From Selaginella moellendorffii (Eukaryota; Plantae; Lycopodiophyta), in the NCBI RefSeq assembly GCF_000143415.4, contig NW_003314447.1, positions 1 through 62,411 of the forward strand: a stretch of 62,411 nucleotides of DNA, written 5' to 3'. The notes under the pieces are model-generated. The model was given only the letters and a program-made list of their open reading frames with translations. It had not been told where the DNA came from and did not search any database. The translations under genes and the position numbers were made by a program. This document shows positions 11,488-24,830 of the stretch, piece by piece; the stretch's first letter is position 1; every line of letters starts with the position of its first letter.

Positions 11488-11699
11488 CACTTGATTTTTT
11501 TTTTCTCTTTGACTGTTTGAATTTCTTATTATCTTTATTTAGTTTGATTAACAAAATTTTTCTCTTGTAGAAAAGAAAAATTGTACCACATAAAAAGGTT
11601 GTTGGAGCCAAGAAGACACAAGAAGTTCAATCCAGCATTGATGATAACATCACGATTGACATATCCATTGGCACATCAATAAAGATACATTTACTTAGA

Positions 11700-11900
11700 G
11701 ATCCACCGCCTCCACCACCATCACCATCTCCACTATCGCCATCGCCACCTCCACCACCACCATCACCACCTCCACCATTGCCATCACCACCACTACTATT
11801 GCCACCACCACTGCCACTATTGCCTCCACCCTTGCCGCTACCACCACCACCCCCACCATCACCATTACTACTTCCACTTTACTCCTCACTGGCCCACCAC
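11700..11900 (+). repeat. Degenerate (CCA)n low-complexity tract within exon 2 (also ~51510-51720)
   Basis: ccaccaccatcacc runs giving Pro/Thr/His-rich frames. Confidence 0.8.
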
Positions 11901-12569
11901 TAGCACAAATCCTTAAAGTTGGGCAATCTAATGGTGTTCACAATAGGAAACCAAAGGTACAGCTTGAGCTGAAAGAGTTGTAGACCTTTTTAACAACGTG
12001 GTGGACAAGTGCTTCCAAGAGACTATTATGCGAACAAGGGAAAAAACAATTCACCAAACACTTAAGGCACTCAAGTGGCTAGGCCCTTGTGACTTGATTA
12101 AAGAAATCCCCTTTTGTCGTTTGTAGTAGATGAATCTTATCCGCACAACATCCAAACATGTCAATTTGGATATATATAGCTTGTTCAAACAGAATGGCCA
12201 TGCAATAAATATCAATATGTTTCTAGTCTCTTTTTGCAAGCCAAGAACAATGGAAATCGTTACTGTCACACCCGAGATTATGAATAGCTAGGATCTTATT
12301 TGGAGGAGGAAGTCCCTGGAATTTAATAACATGCTTATCAAACATCCTGAGACTCAATAGCTTGTGAAGACAATATTCCAAACTATTGATGGTAACCACC
12401 AATATGAGGCTTGGATGAAGTGTATCGATGATCATTTTTGCAATGATCCCATCTACCATATCAACATTCCAGTCGGGCATGTCTATGCAAGGGGACTTTT
12501 GGATGTCAACAGACTTATCTTGGCCTACGAAAAGATCAATACGTAAGTTTTATAATTTTACATCCAACT

Positions 12570-13795
12570 TGTAAATGATTAATTTTTTTATTCTACTTTA
12601 GTTACTTAACCACACCTCCGACCACTTGGAGGAGTCTCATTCACAACCTCCATAAGTCCAATTCAGGATTTGGGGTTTGCTAGCCCTGAGAATGGCATCC
12701 ATGCCACTTAACCATTACACTGGGTCCAAGTGCTCCATGTGTCCGATTCTATGACCGACACCCCAAGGTACCACTGACATATCAACCTATTATGCTAAAG
12801 CCATACCTATTCACCTTGGTCACACTGGTGGTCCAACACCACCTGCATCACAATCCTGTCTCTCAAAGATTAAGCCATCCATCCATGAGTGATCATCTTA
12901 GATTCAACATCCTTAGGATGCCCACAGACATGGGGAACAACCTTCTCAATACCCCTTTTACAATCCCCATTAAGTCCCTTTTCTGTCCATGGCTGTGTTC
13001 GCCAACACTGCCACTAGGACAAGGCCCACAAGCCCGACCACTAAGTCCTACTATCCTTTGGGACTTCTTCAATACATGACTATATCCTTGGTTACTACAT
13101 CAGAGGACCACTCCTTTTCCTTTCCACTATTTGGGATTTTATGACAACATTTCAGAACACCATGGCCCTACACGAGCCTTATGGGTACTCTCCCCACCTT
13201 TTGCCTTTGAGTGCTCTAGCCATGGGCTTAGAGTGAGGTTTCATTGAGCCACACTAGGTATCTAAATAGGTAGTGCTATCCATACTTGCATTAGGAGCAT
13301 TGATCATTCGATCTCCCGAGGGGACTAGAATTGGCTTTTGAACACTTTACCAAACTACCCCGCTTGTCGGTCCATATTCACTTTAGCCTTGGACTTCCCA
13401 ATGGTTATTTCATCACCCAACATTTGGGTACAGCCTTCTTGGGCCAAACTGGCCTTTCCTGGCCAAATTGGCTCCATTAGAGTCCAACCCCCACACTTTC
13501 TTTACTATACTTTGGAACCCCTTGTAGCCTCCCCCCTCTGGGGGAAAATCACTTTGGGCTTTCACCCAATAGCTTATATTAGTATTCGGACTTGAACTTG
13601 GACTCAGACTCGGACTCGAACTTGGGTATCGGTCTCAGACTTGGACTTGGACTCGGTCTCGGTCTCAGTTCCATCTCTTAGACTCCATCTCAGGTCCATC
13701 TCGAACTCCATCTTGGACTCCATCTCAAGTCCATCTCGGACTCCATTTTGGACTCTGTCTCGAGTCCTTCATATGTCATGTGTTGGTCCTCTTGT
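12570..13795. mobile_element. Old solo LTR, right end deleted (orthologous to 52393-53832)
   Basis: Starts TGTAA after CAACT (12565-12569); colinear with 52393-53642; short GGACTC repeat tract. Confidence 0.85.
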
Positions 13796-15453
13796 GTTTG
13801 AGAACATGATGAGAAGCGCTGTCTACATTATGCAAACTATAAATAAAGGTGAGAAGTTTTTGGCACCGCACATTAGTGACAATCCAAATGGCACATTCAT
13901 GTCTTTTGACACTTACATTAACACATCAGTGGAAGGGATCAAAAAGGGGTGGTTGCCAAAGAAGTCTACAAGCACAACAACTTATGATTACCAATATGGT
14001 CAGCTTTATTTCATGCGACGTGCAACTTATAGGTATAATATGATTTTTGAGACTTTTTTTAAATATATATTGTTTATAGGTGTTATTGATATAGAGGCAT
14101 GTCATTTGAGGCACTAGTTTGCACTCGACTTGTTGCAATGGGTGTAAGGGATGGAGGAATATACCCAACAATGTTTGCGAGAGTTCCGAAGGCACAGAAA
14201 ATAGAATGCCCTTGGGAGTTGGAACTCATAAGGAAGGAGACCTCTACACTAGATCATAAGGAAATTATCAATGCTAACAACGATGGCAATGCAAGTGATG
14301 ATAGAGACAAGGACGAGGAAATTCCAGATCAAGTTTGTGTTCCACCACCAAACAGCCAAAATTAGGCTCCAATTCAACCATCAAACAACCAAGATTTGAA
14401 TCAGGTTCTACTAGTAAATAACAATGATCAAGTGGTTTACAAAATATCACGTTGACCTTGAGGTAAGCAAAAGTAAATTTTACAAATTAAAGGTGGTAAT
14501 ACATGTTTTTTCAACAATAACTATTGGTAGTAATTTCATTTTAGCTCAACGAGATGCTCATGAAGAGGAGTTAGAGGAACTCTCATCGACAATATGCCAT
14601 ATGATGGTAATATAGTGTCTTCATCCTACCGAACAACCCCAATTGAATGTATGAGCTTATGACATGGGCAACAAAAGTTCATTTCAAGTCATTCTCTTTT
14701 GAGTGCATCATGGATTCTATTGGTGTCGATACAAAGGGCGTCCAAGGGAAGCCTAAAAAGGTGAGTATGTATTTTATATTTTTATTTGATTTCTAACATT
14801 TTTATTTTCCAAGTTATGATATAAACCTATCATGCCTTCCGCAGAAACACACATGATAGGTTTCGTGATAGTGAACATGCAACATGTGTTTTACCTGGGT
14901 ACGACAGTTCCACTAACATCATACCTAACTTTGTGGATGAGCAAATCCCAGAGTACCAATTTCAAACTCTATCGGTGATGCAAGTCTTGTTTGAGCTCTA
15001 TTACCCACCAAATGGTGTTGTGATTGATTGCACAATAGGTAGTGGTTCTATAGTGGAGGCAGCACATGACTCTGGTAGGTCAGTGTTTGCTATTGAAGAA
15101 CATCACTTCTTCAAACGCCGGCTTAGAGGATTTCAAGAGTTGCCTCTAACCTCAAGGAGGTAAATTATGTTTATTAAAATTTCAATATATGTTTAATTAT
15201 ATTTTATAGATCACACTCACCTGAAATTTCTAGAATTGGAGGCTTTGGAAGTATCCCTGACTATGGAGAAGCCATGGCCCAACATATGCAAGGCAAATCT
15301 TCCCCACAATACCAATATAGGAAGAAGCATAAAAGAAATCAATATGTTGATGATAAGGCAAAAGAAAGTTAATTGTATATTTACATAAAATGAAAAGCTT
15401 GTTATATGTCAAATATCTATGAAAGTGTCAGATGTCAGTGTCAGTGTTAGATA

Positions 15454-16206
15454 TCATAATTGCAAATTATCATTCTCACCTGTCACCATCACTTTGTAGC
15501 ACTTGTGTGTTGCCATCTCCTCCTTTAACATTTTGTAAACAATTGTATGTGATATGATAGCACCTTCTAGAACAAAGGATATTACCTACAACTAATATCA
15601 TTTTATTATATTTTTTCTTTTAATAGTGACAATACTATAGTATAATAAAGTAATTCTAGATCTTACATTCCACTATAGGATGGCCTAAAACCCTATATTT
15701 TGCATTAGTCGATATAGTGTTTCCCAAGGGGATGTTGTTCTTCACTATGAAGCGATAGTGGGATGTGTCTGTAACTCATTCTTGAATCTATTGTACATCC
15801 ACACGTGCATATTTTCCAGTCTCACTATTGGGCAATTCCTACAATGCTCAAGAAAAATTTGTAAACCCATAGAGCCATTTTTCTTGTCCAAGAAAAAGTA
15901 GCATATTAGACACTAAATGTAATAGTGTTCTATGCTTTCAAGTAGTCCCGCCATGTCAGGAGCAAGATCTTGCAAAAACATGTGGCATTGCTCTTGAAGC
16001 GGTGGAGGCAATCCCTATCTAGTAGCAAGATTCAAAATTTCATATATAAGGAACTCTAATTCAACGTCACTAAAGCCCTCAATAGAAAAAGGATTATTAT
16101 ATGGAGGTGGGGGTGGAATGTTGGTAGAACTTGGGGATGGAGGTAGAAATTAATATGAAATGTTAGGGGGCTAAGTATGAGTAGTAGTGACTTTCCTTCG
16201 AGCCAT
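15454..16206 (-). pseudogene. Unknown two-exon gene convergent with the methyltransferase-like gene
   Basis: ATG at 16206: MARRKVTTT..PPPPPYNNPFSIEGFSDVELEFLIYEIL..; scattered stops but one frame; GTAAG..TGTAG intron 15666-15586; exon 2 open (VISFVLEGAII..NLQL*). Confidence 0.55.
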
Positions 16207-17320
16207 TTCAATACAAACTTCTAAGGAGCTCAAGAAGAACAAAAAAACTACAATGACTATAACTTTTCTAAATAATTTATATACTAAGTTTTAGTCTTGG
16301 GAATGAGGTTTATTTATTATGACACTGACAATACTCAGATTTTTTAAATGTCAATCTTGGAAATGGGGCTTCATAATCATAGCTTGCTTGTAAACATAAG
16401 AGCTTCTAGAATTTTAGATTATCATGTATACACATGCTCTATAATTATAATGGAATCCTACTTTGCTATATATATATTTTTTTCTACACATACCAAATGT
16501 TTAGGGAAATAAACTGCAAGGAAATATAAACTATATTATAGTGGCAGAGCACATTGGCACGCTACCATTCTCTTATGTGAGATTGTCTTTTAGTCTTAGA
16601 AATGTAGGTAAAGTTGATTCTTTTATGTGATATTACTTTTGAGTGTTTCGAAAGATTTCGATTTCTTTTATTATTATTCACAAACAACTCTAGAAAACTT
16701 TTAATGAGGATTCACTACAAAAATATATCTTGGTCTTATCATATAAGAGGATTGTGATATAAGTAGGCAATAGAGTTTTTAATATGAATTAATATTTATA
16801 TTACAATTTTTATCAATTTAACATTTTTATCAATCGTGATAGTGGTTCTCACATTCTCATATAGGTAATAAGGACTAGGAGTGTAATATAGAGATTGTGG
16901 TAGTGAAACAAAATTAACATTCTCACATTCCTTTACACTACAATTGTTACTCACAGATCTTGAATTTTCCTTGCTTCCTCTCAAGAACCCTAAAAAATCT
17001 TTTGAATGAAGGAAAAGTATCTATAGCTATACAAGTAATCAAAATATTAAGTAGTCAAATCAAAATATAACAGCTGTAACAATAGTCATCATAAAATAAT
17101 ATAGCTTTATAAAAGAAAGGTTCTCCTAAACTTTATCTTTTTTAAACAATTCAATCTTATAGAAACTTTTAACTCAAATATTTACGTATTTAAATATTTT
17201 AAAGTTTGCTAGAACCTTCATTTATTCAATTTAGATTTTCTTTGTAAAACTTCTAGTTGACTGTGTTGACTGTAGTTGACCTGTGTTGAATTGAGCTCAA
17301 CTACACTTTGAACCATCCCC

Positions 17321-18195
17321 ATAACTACTATATATAGATATTCTATGGACTTCTAAACACTAAAATAAGATAGCTAATAGTAAGAAAAACTTTGAAAACT
17401 TTAAGCATGTAGTTGTTCTTACCTATTTGAGAAACAACTTAGTAGCACATTTATAAATACTGGCAAAAGAAAAGAGAATGACTATATCTTATATCCTTGT
17501 AGCACATATAAAATTTTTATTGCATTTATTTTATATTTCTATGTTTGTATTGCAAAAAGAAGATGATAATTTATAATGCTTTCTTTAAAGTATTTTTAGT
17601 AGTGATGGCCTGATTTGTGATCAATAAATTCTATTATTTGGTGATTAGATAACAGTAGAACTGGAAGTGAAGACTACATTATCCAATGATTGAAACTCAT
17701 CCAAATGTTTTGCTAGTGCATTAGCTTACTTTGATTTAAAGACAACTTTATCACATATGAGACAATATTTCAGACAAATTGCCTTTCAAAATAAGATGAC
17801 ATGATATATAAATTACATAGGTAAAGTCACTCACCAGCTTGCAAATTTTTCTAAGAAAAACATAAATTATTTCTCTAGGATAATTTCACTATATTAGATA
17901 TCTACATTGTTAAAAAAAATATGTAGAAATAACAAAGATTTATAAGATGTGATTTTTCAAATTTTTTAATCAAATACTAATCATAGCTAATAATTATAAA
18001 CTATGGATTTTTGTCATTGCAATGAATACTATAAAACATGTAGTAATAATAACAGGATCTTTTTATTGTTCCATAAGTTGATTAAAATTTCTTTCTTTAC
18101 CAACAGATTCCATATTTTATAATTGGAGAATTTATTACTCTTACAGATATTTTCTATGATAAAATTCAATTATGCATTGCTCCATTTTCATAAAA
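17321..18195 (+). repeat. AT-rich dispersed repeat copy
   Basis: Aligns by eye to 18890-19735 and 6318-6815. Confidence 0.8.
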
Positions 18196-18477
18196 ACTTA
18201 CTTACAGTTTCCATTTACTATTTAACTTTCAATAGTATTAATATTATATAACCTAAATAAATATCATCTAAAACTTTGCAATTCTACTTTTCTTAGTAGA
18301 GCTCAGGTCCTTGGTAGTTTAAACTAGCACCCACTAAATTGCAATCAAGGTAAGTTAAACCTTTCATTTGTAATTTTTGATACACAACGGATATTGTACT
18401 TTGGATCTCATCACGCTCATTGGTGAAATATAACTCTACTCCCAATATAAAATTATGCATTTCCATGGGCAATCCAT

Positions 18478-18685
18478 NNNNNNNNNNNNNNNNNNNNNNN
18501 NNNNNNNNNNNNNNNNNNNNNNNNNNNNNNNNNNNNNNNNNNNNNNNNNNNNNNNNNNNNNNNNNNNNNNNNNNNNNNNNNNNNNNNNNNNNNNNNNNNN
18601 NNNNNNNNNNNNNNNNNNNNNNNNNNNNNNNNNNNNNNNNNNNNNNNNNNNNNNNNNNNNNNNNNNNNNNNNNNNNNNNNNNNNN
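18478..18685. other. Assembly gap (N run)
   Basis: Ns in sequence; lies in a ~1.56 kb segment absent from copy 3. Confidence 0.99.
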
Positions 18686-18889
18686 TTGGTACAAAAAATT
18701 TAAATTTTCAATGGAGATAATAGAGTTCTAGAATCTCCACACCTTGCAAGTGTTTCATTAGGATTGTGTTCATCCTTATAATTGCAAATGTGGAATTTGT
18801 GCCACTACTTTAAGATTGCACACCTTTGCATTGCTAGTGTATTTTGTAGCCAAAGACTCCCTTTGCTTTGAACTTAATCCTTGTAAATT

Positions 18890-19735
18890 AATAACTAGTA
18901 CATCCATATATATATTCTATGGACTTCTCAGCACTAAATTCAAAATAACTAACAGAAGAAGAAACTTTGAAAACTTTAACATATTGTTGTTCTTGCTTTT
19001 ATGAGAAATAACTTAGTAGCATATGAAACTTATCAATGGTCTCAAAGGAAAAGAGAAGATTTATATCTTGTGTCATTGTAGCACATATAAAATCTTTATT
19101 GAATTTGTTGTACATTTCTATGTTTGTATTACAAAAACCAGCTAAAGGAATATGACAATGTATAACACTTTCTTTAGAGTGCTTTTCACAGTGATGGCCT
19201 AATTTGTGGTAAAGAAATTCTAATCCTTTAGTGATTAGGTAATGGTAGAACTAGAAGTGAAAACTATATTAGCCAATCATTGCAACTCATCTAATGTGCT
19301 AATGTTTTGCTTGTGCATTAGTTACTTTGATTTGAAGACAATCTTATTGCATATGAGACAATATTCCCAAAGTTGTGATTTCAAAATAAAATTACATGAT
19401 TTATAGATTACATTAGGTAAAGTCACTCACCACCTTGCAAGTTTTTCTAAGAAAAACATAAACTATTTCTCTACAATGATTTCACTATACATGATACCTA
19501 CATTGTTAAGAAAATACATATAAATGATAAAGATTTATAAGGTGTAATTTAAATTAATAAATGAATCAAATACAAATCATAGCTAATACTAATGATATAT
19601 AGTGATAGGTATGAACTATGAATTTTTTTCGTTGCAATGGATACTATAAAAAATGTAGTAATACTAACGATCTTGTTATTTTTGTATAAGTTGATTAAAC
19701 TTTTTTTCTTCCCAACAGACTTAATATTCAAAATT
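18890..19735 (+). repeat. AT-rich dispersed repeat copy
   Basis: Closest to 6318-6815; runs directly into a PIG-T fragment. Confidence 0.8.
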
Positions 19736-19736
19736 G

Positions 19737-20436
19737 GATGTTAACCTTGACAGTTGTTTTGCAAAAGCCAGCAGTTTCAGAAGATCTGTCATCCAAGCTG
19801 CAAGGCTGGACACTCTCCAGGATGTTTGGCTCAAAGCTGGAAGGCAAGTGCCCGCTTGGAGGAGAGCTTGGCGAAGCACTTGGCTAGAGATCTCAGTGAA
19901 GAAATAGGCATCAGCTTCGTGGACAATAGTCAGCTCTGCTCCAAGTCGGGTGCTTGTCTCCTCTTCAGGCTCTCTTTTACTTGAGTATGAAGCTGGCATG
20001 CACAGCAAGCTTGATCTTGGAGTCACTTGGAGAGCCTGGGTGGATTGGTCTCAGTTCTACACAAGCCGGTATTTGGCTGGCAGCGGGAATGCAAGGGGAT
20101 CCATCATCATTTCGTTTCGAGCAAATGATGGTTCTTCTTGGAACTGTTACTCTTTAGGTATCGAGGCAGTCAACTACGTTGACATTATGATCCTCCAGAT
20201 AATACCGTGGTATGTTCATTTGTATGGCCACGTGCTACAGGCTTCGTTGGATGGCAAAAACGTGGAGTTTTGGTCTGTGGTTAGACTGATGAGATTCACA
20301 GTGGCAGAAGATCACAAAGCTCCTGCTGGTGTGGAGATTCCTCTGGAAGTTTCTATTGCAACAGGCCATAACTTTGACAAGGTTTGTGATATTGCTGGTT
20401 GCTTTGGAAGGGATCTTGATGATGCTGTTCCATTCA
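19737..20436 (+). pseudogene. PIGT: PIG-T fragment type C
   Basis: EESLAKHLARDLSEE..FYTSRYLAGSGNARGSIIISFRAND..ILQIIPWYVHLYGH..AEDHKAPAGVE..FDK|gtttgt; the intron is cut by the gypsy LTR. Confidence 0.85.
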
Positions 20437-23400
20437 CCAAAATCCCACTACGCTAATATTAATATATGGCATCATAACCGTACATTTGGCCCTCACATCA
20501 TCCCCTCCTCTTGGAATAATGGAAGACTATCAGAGTTCTTTTATAGACGGGCCGGGATCTGGAGGAATGTCAAGAGGAGGCATCGGTGGATTTGTAGGTG
20601 GTATTAACTGCTCTTGATCCCTTTGTATAAAGCATTTCAACTGTTGCACATGCACAATCTCTGGAGGATCGGTCTGTTGGATGTCATGCCAAACCTCATA
20701 AACTTATGGTCCAACTTGTTGCAACACCTGATATGGTCCTTTCTATTGCACAAGGAGCCCCTTAAATAAGCCACGTACTGTAAGATGGGGAAAACAAACT
20801 AACATCAAATCATCCACTTTGTACTTTATAGGTGGATGATGATAGGAGTTGTAGTGCCATTTTTGTCCCACTTGTATGCGGCCTAAATGTTTGGCAGACT
20901 CTGCTCGGACAAGTGGAAGAATGCTCGTCAAATACTGATCCCACGACCTAGCATCAACAGCTCGTGTCAATTGCAACAGTAAACCCAGCTTCATTGGTAA
21001 TATTAGATCATGCCCATATAGGAGTTTATATGGTGAAGCACTAACAGAACTCTGCACCCTTATAACATATGCATACCGAAGAAACAGTAAATAACCATCC
21101 CAATTTGAATGCTAAAAATTCACATCTTCGCAATCATCCCTTTGAATGTCCGAACGAACTATTCCACCAGACCGTTTGATTATGGATGATAAGCACTTGT
21201 GAAAGTGTGGCGTATCCTCAACCGAGACGTCAAAACTCAAAATGTTTCAACTATAAATGCAAGACCATTATCCGAAAGAATCCACTCTAGACAAGAATGT
21301 TGGAACACCACTTGATTGAGAAGGAAGTATCTAACAGCAGTTGCAAAGGCGCTAGCAAGAGCACCAACTTTCACCCAACGAGTCAAGTAGTCAAAAGCAA
21401 TAATAACATACTCATTACCAATAGTCAACTGTGGAAAAGGTCCCATAAGATGAAACTCCACCAACTCAAACGAATGGGAAACTGTAATTGACTCCAACTT
21501 TCCTTCTGCAGCACGAGGGGGAGTATTACGAACTTGGCACCAAATGTAGCTACGCACATACCAGATAACATCATGTCGCATCTCCGATTAATAGAAAGAC
21601 CTGCGCAGCTTCTCGGTTACATGACGATGTCCCATATACCCACTTAGCAGTACGACCAACCAAGTCCTTCCGCTTCAATAATGAAGTAATGGCAGCATGG
21701 TCACCTTCAAATAACGTCTAAGAACCATGTAGATATGTATGAAGTTTCTCAAAACCTGAGACTGCTAGTAAACACTCTTTCTCTATTGTGGAGTGGTTCA
21801 TCTCTACTGGTTGTAATGTATGGCTTATATACACAATGGGATGGCACTGACTATGTAAACTTGAGTTTTCTTGCATCAACACTCCTCCAAGACCAATGTC
21901 AGAAGCATCCACGTGCAAAATAAAAGGTCAAGTATACTCAGGATATGCCAAAACCGAAGGAATTGTCAATAGCTCTTTGAGATCCACGAATGCCCATTCA
22001 TAATCCGAAGACCAAATGAAAGATGACGTTGATGACTTCAGCAATGCTCGCAATAGTGTAGTGCGATCAGAAAGATGATCCACAAAGTGACTGAGATATT
22101 GCACTTTACCCAAGGAGAGCTGCACATCATTTACACACTTCGGAGTAGGGAACTTTAAAATAACCACAAGTTTGTTAGGATCAACTTGCAAACCCTCACA
22201 AGAAATATAGTACCCAAGATAAGTTCTGTCCTTGGACCCAAACACGCACTTTGACCACTTTAGCTTTAAACCAACCTCTCGTAGCCGATCCAACACTTTA
22301 CAGACATCACGAATATGCTCCTCCCACATCCCCTTCGAGTGGATCAAGATATCATCAATGAAGTTAACAGTCACCTCCAACATATCGCAAAGAACCTCAT
22401 CCATCATCTGCTGGAAAGTTGCTAAAGCATTGTTCAAACCAAACAACATCACCAAGAACTCGTACAATCCAAATGGTGTATGAAAAACAATCTTAGAAAT
22501 ATTTTCTTTGGCCATTGGTACTTGCCAGTACCTAGAAAAAAAATCTAGCTTGGTGAACCAACAACTTTGCCCTAGACGATCCAAAAGATTAATAGTGTGA
22601 GGAAGAGGGTACACATCCGGAAATGTCACTTCATTTAACGGATGATAGTCAATGCAAAAACGAATACTCCCATCAAGCTTCATCACAAGATGAGGTTCAC
22701 ATGCCCAAGGACACCGTGACTTCCGAATAACACCCCTTCTCCAACATCTCCTTAACGTTTGCGCATAAAATCTTGATCTCTTTGGGTGACTGATGACGAA
22801 TAGGAACCTTGATTGGACGAGCATCCCCAGTTGCAATCGGATGACGTGTGGCAATCTTGGCCCCACACGATAGGTCAAAGTCAAAGAAATCAGAATACTC
22901 CTTCATGAGTTGGTCAATTGCTGCAACATAAAGATTGTTGAAGGGATCGGAAAAGGGAAGTGCAGAACAAGATAGAAACATGGGAGGAAATAGTGGGGGG
23001 ACAAAAGTAATGGAAGCAGAGGTAGAAGTAGAGGGACGAAGAAGTATAGAAATGAGAGGAATGGATGAAACATAAAGAAGTATGAGATAAGAGGGAGAAA
23101 CCTCAAAGTCACACTTGGTATAATTGTGCTGCAACCAATCCATACCAAGGATGAGGTCGAAAGCTTGACTCAGCACCACCCGCAAGGATTGTAACTCAAG
23201 CTCGAGATCACCCACACGCACAATCAGGTCCGCCTCATCCCGTGCACATGCATGTGTACGGCTGTTGCCATAAAGAATGAAAACTAGTTGTGCCGCACGA
23301 TGCAAGTGTAAACGGCAACGTGTGGCAATAGGTTGAGCAATAGAAGATAAACTCGAATCTGTATAACCAATATAGAGAAAATAATATGAGACCTTTTGTT

Positions 23401-24830
23401 ATAAAAACGAGTTTGGAAAGTAAACACTGGATGAACCAATGCCGAGTGAACCCCTTGATGATACTCCTGAAAGAAAGATGGAGGGGTCACTAAATTATTT
23501 GCGCAAGGTCCCTCAATTACTCGCACGACTCCTCGTTTCCCGGATGCATTGCAATGTCTAGACTTTCCACTACAGCAGCACCAATAGGACGTTGTTGATG
23601 CCAAAGTCTCCACTTAGGAAATGGAGGTTGCCAATCCGGAAAATGTTGACAAAGTCAATAAATGTGCCCAACTTCATCACATGCCCAACAGCGAATGTCA
23701 CGGCCATGACCACATCCTCGCCCTTGTCCTTGGACTTGAGTAGTAGCAGCATCAACCTCCATTGGAACAGAACCATCGCCTACAGGAAGAGGAGCAAAAG
23801 GATGGCAGTAAGAAGTGGAAAAGGCGATATCTTATAATGTTGTGCCAAGTGAAGAGCATCGTCAAGAGTGGCTGGAGCAAGTGCATGCACAAATCCGACA
23901 AGATCTTGATGAAGTGCTAGCCACAACATTCCTAACTTGATCCGCTCTGACATATTTGGCTCTGCATGAAGCAAAAGACTTCGGAAATGAACGCCAAATT
24001 GCATCACCGACTCAAATGGCCCTTGGCGAAGACAATGCAATTATTGGAAGGCATCATCACAATTGTTGGCATGTCCAAATGCACGTTTGAAAATGTCCAA
24101 GAGAACACTCCAATCCCCACAAGTGACTACGCTCAAACCATTGTATCACTGCAACACCATCCCTTGGAAATACATGGGAAACTCACGCAAATGTCAAACA
24201 TCATCCCAAGAATGATATGTGGCAATCACCATGAAGTGATCAAACTAATGGTACACATCATCCCCAGGATTCCCACGAAAAAACTCTAGCCGAACGCAAG
24301 GATTAGCATCAAGAGTAAGAGAAGTTGTACCACATGCCGTGAATGCTGCCATCAACTGAGTTTGGTTGTTTAATTGCAAATGCATAGCATTAAGCAATTA
24401 TACCAACTGCTACTCCAAAGTCAAAAAAGGAGATTTCTAATCTGCCATGAAGATGAACGAAAAGGAAAGAGTGAAAGAAGAGGAATGACAAAAGATAAAA
24501 GGAAATGGAGATCTAGACAATGCAAAAAGCTAGATCTAAACAAAAATCCTAAAGGAAAAGAACAAAAGAAAGGAAATGGAAAAAGTTAGATTTAGACGAT
24601 GCAAAAGTTAGATTTAAACCAAAATCCCAAATCCAAACACTCCTCAAGGGCAATCAAAGGTGCCCCTCACCTCCACCAATGTGAGTGCATGGAAGTATAT
24701 CAATTAGCCCAAAAACCCTAGTTTATATACAAAAGCAAATGGTGCAGATTGAAATCAATCTGATGGTTACCAAAATCCCACTATGCTAATATTAGTATAC
24801 GCCATTGTAGCCGTATACTTGGCCCTAAAA
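20437..24830 (-). mobile_element. Near full-length degenerate Ty3/gypsy retrotransposon with short LTRs
   Basis: Order gag (CWACDEVGH..C knuckle ~23650-23690), protease (FDLILGMDWL), RT (RFCIDYHPLN, FIDDILI; ORF 21928..22884), RNase H (VDASDIGLGGVL), integrase (ILSDNG, SPYKLLYG). 5' LTR 24680-24830, truncated 3' LTR 20437-20497, PPT aagaggaggggatga. Confidence 0.95.
24662..24678 (-). promoter_or_regulatory. Primer binding site, tRNA-Ala-like
   Basis: TGGTGGAGGTGAGGGGC 1 nt inside the 5' LTR; TGGTGGAG complements the CTCCACCA 3' end of tRNA-Ala. Confidence 0.6.

Larger units (their letters stand above)
10018..15372 (+). pseudogene. Spliced ParB/Srx-like + N6A/N4C DNA methyltransferase-like fusion gene, copy 1 (degenerate)
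   Basis: Exon 1 ATGCCACCAAGG|gtgag splices in phase to 11571 (MPPR|KRKIV). IPFCRL..FQTIDGNHQYEAW with IDGNH at 12385-12399. LFELYYPPNGVVIDCTIGSGSIVEAAHDSGRSVFAIE at ~14987-15097. Short introns 14033-14079, 14463-14544, 14761-14813, 15160-15209; stop at 15372. Internal stops and a ~0.87 kb deletion at ~13795. Confidence 0.75.
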
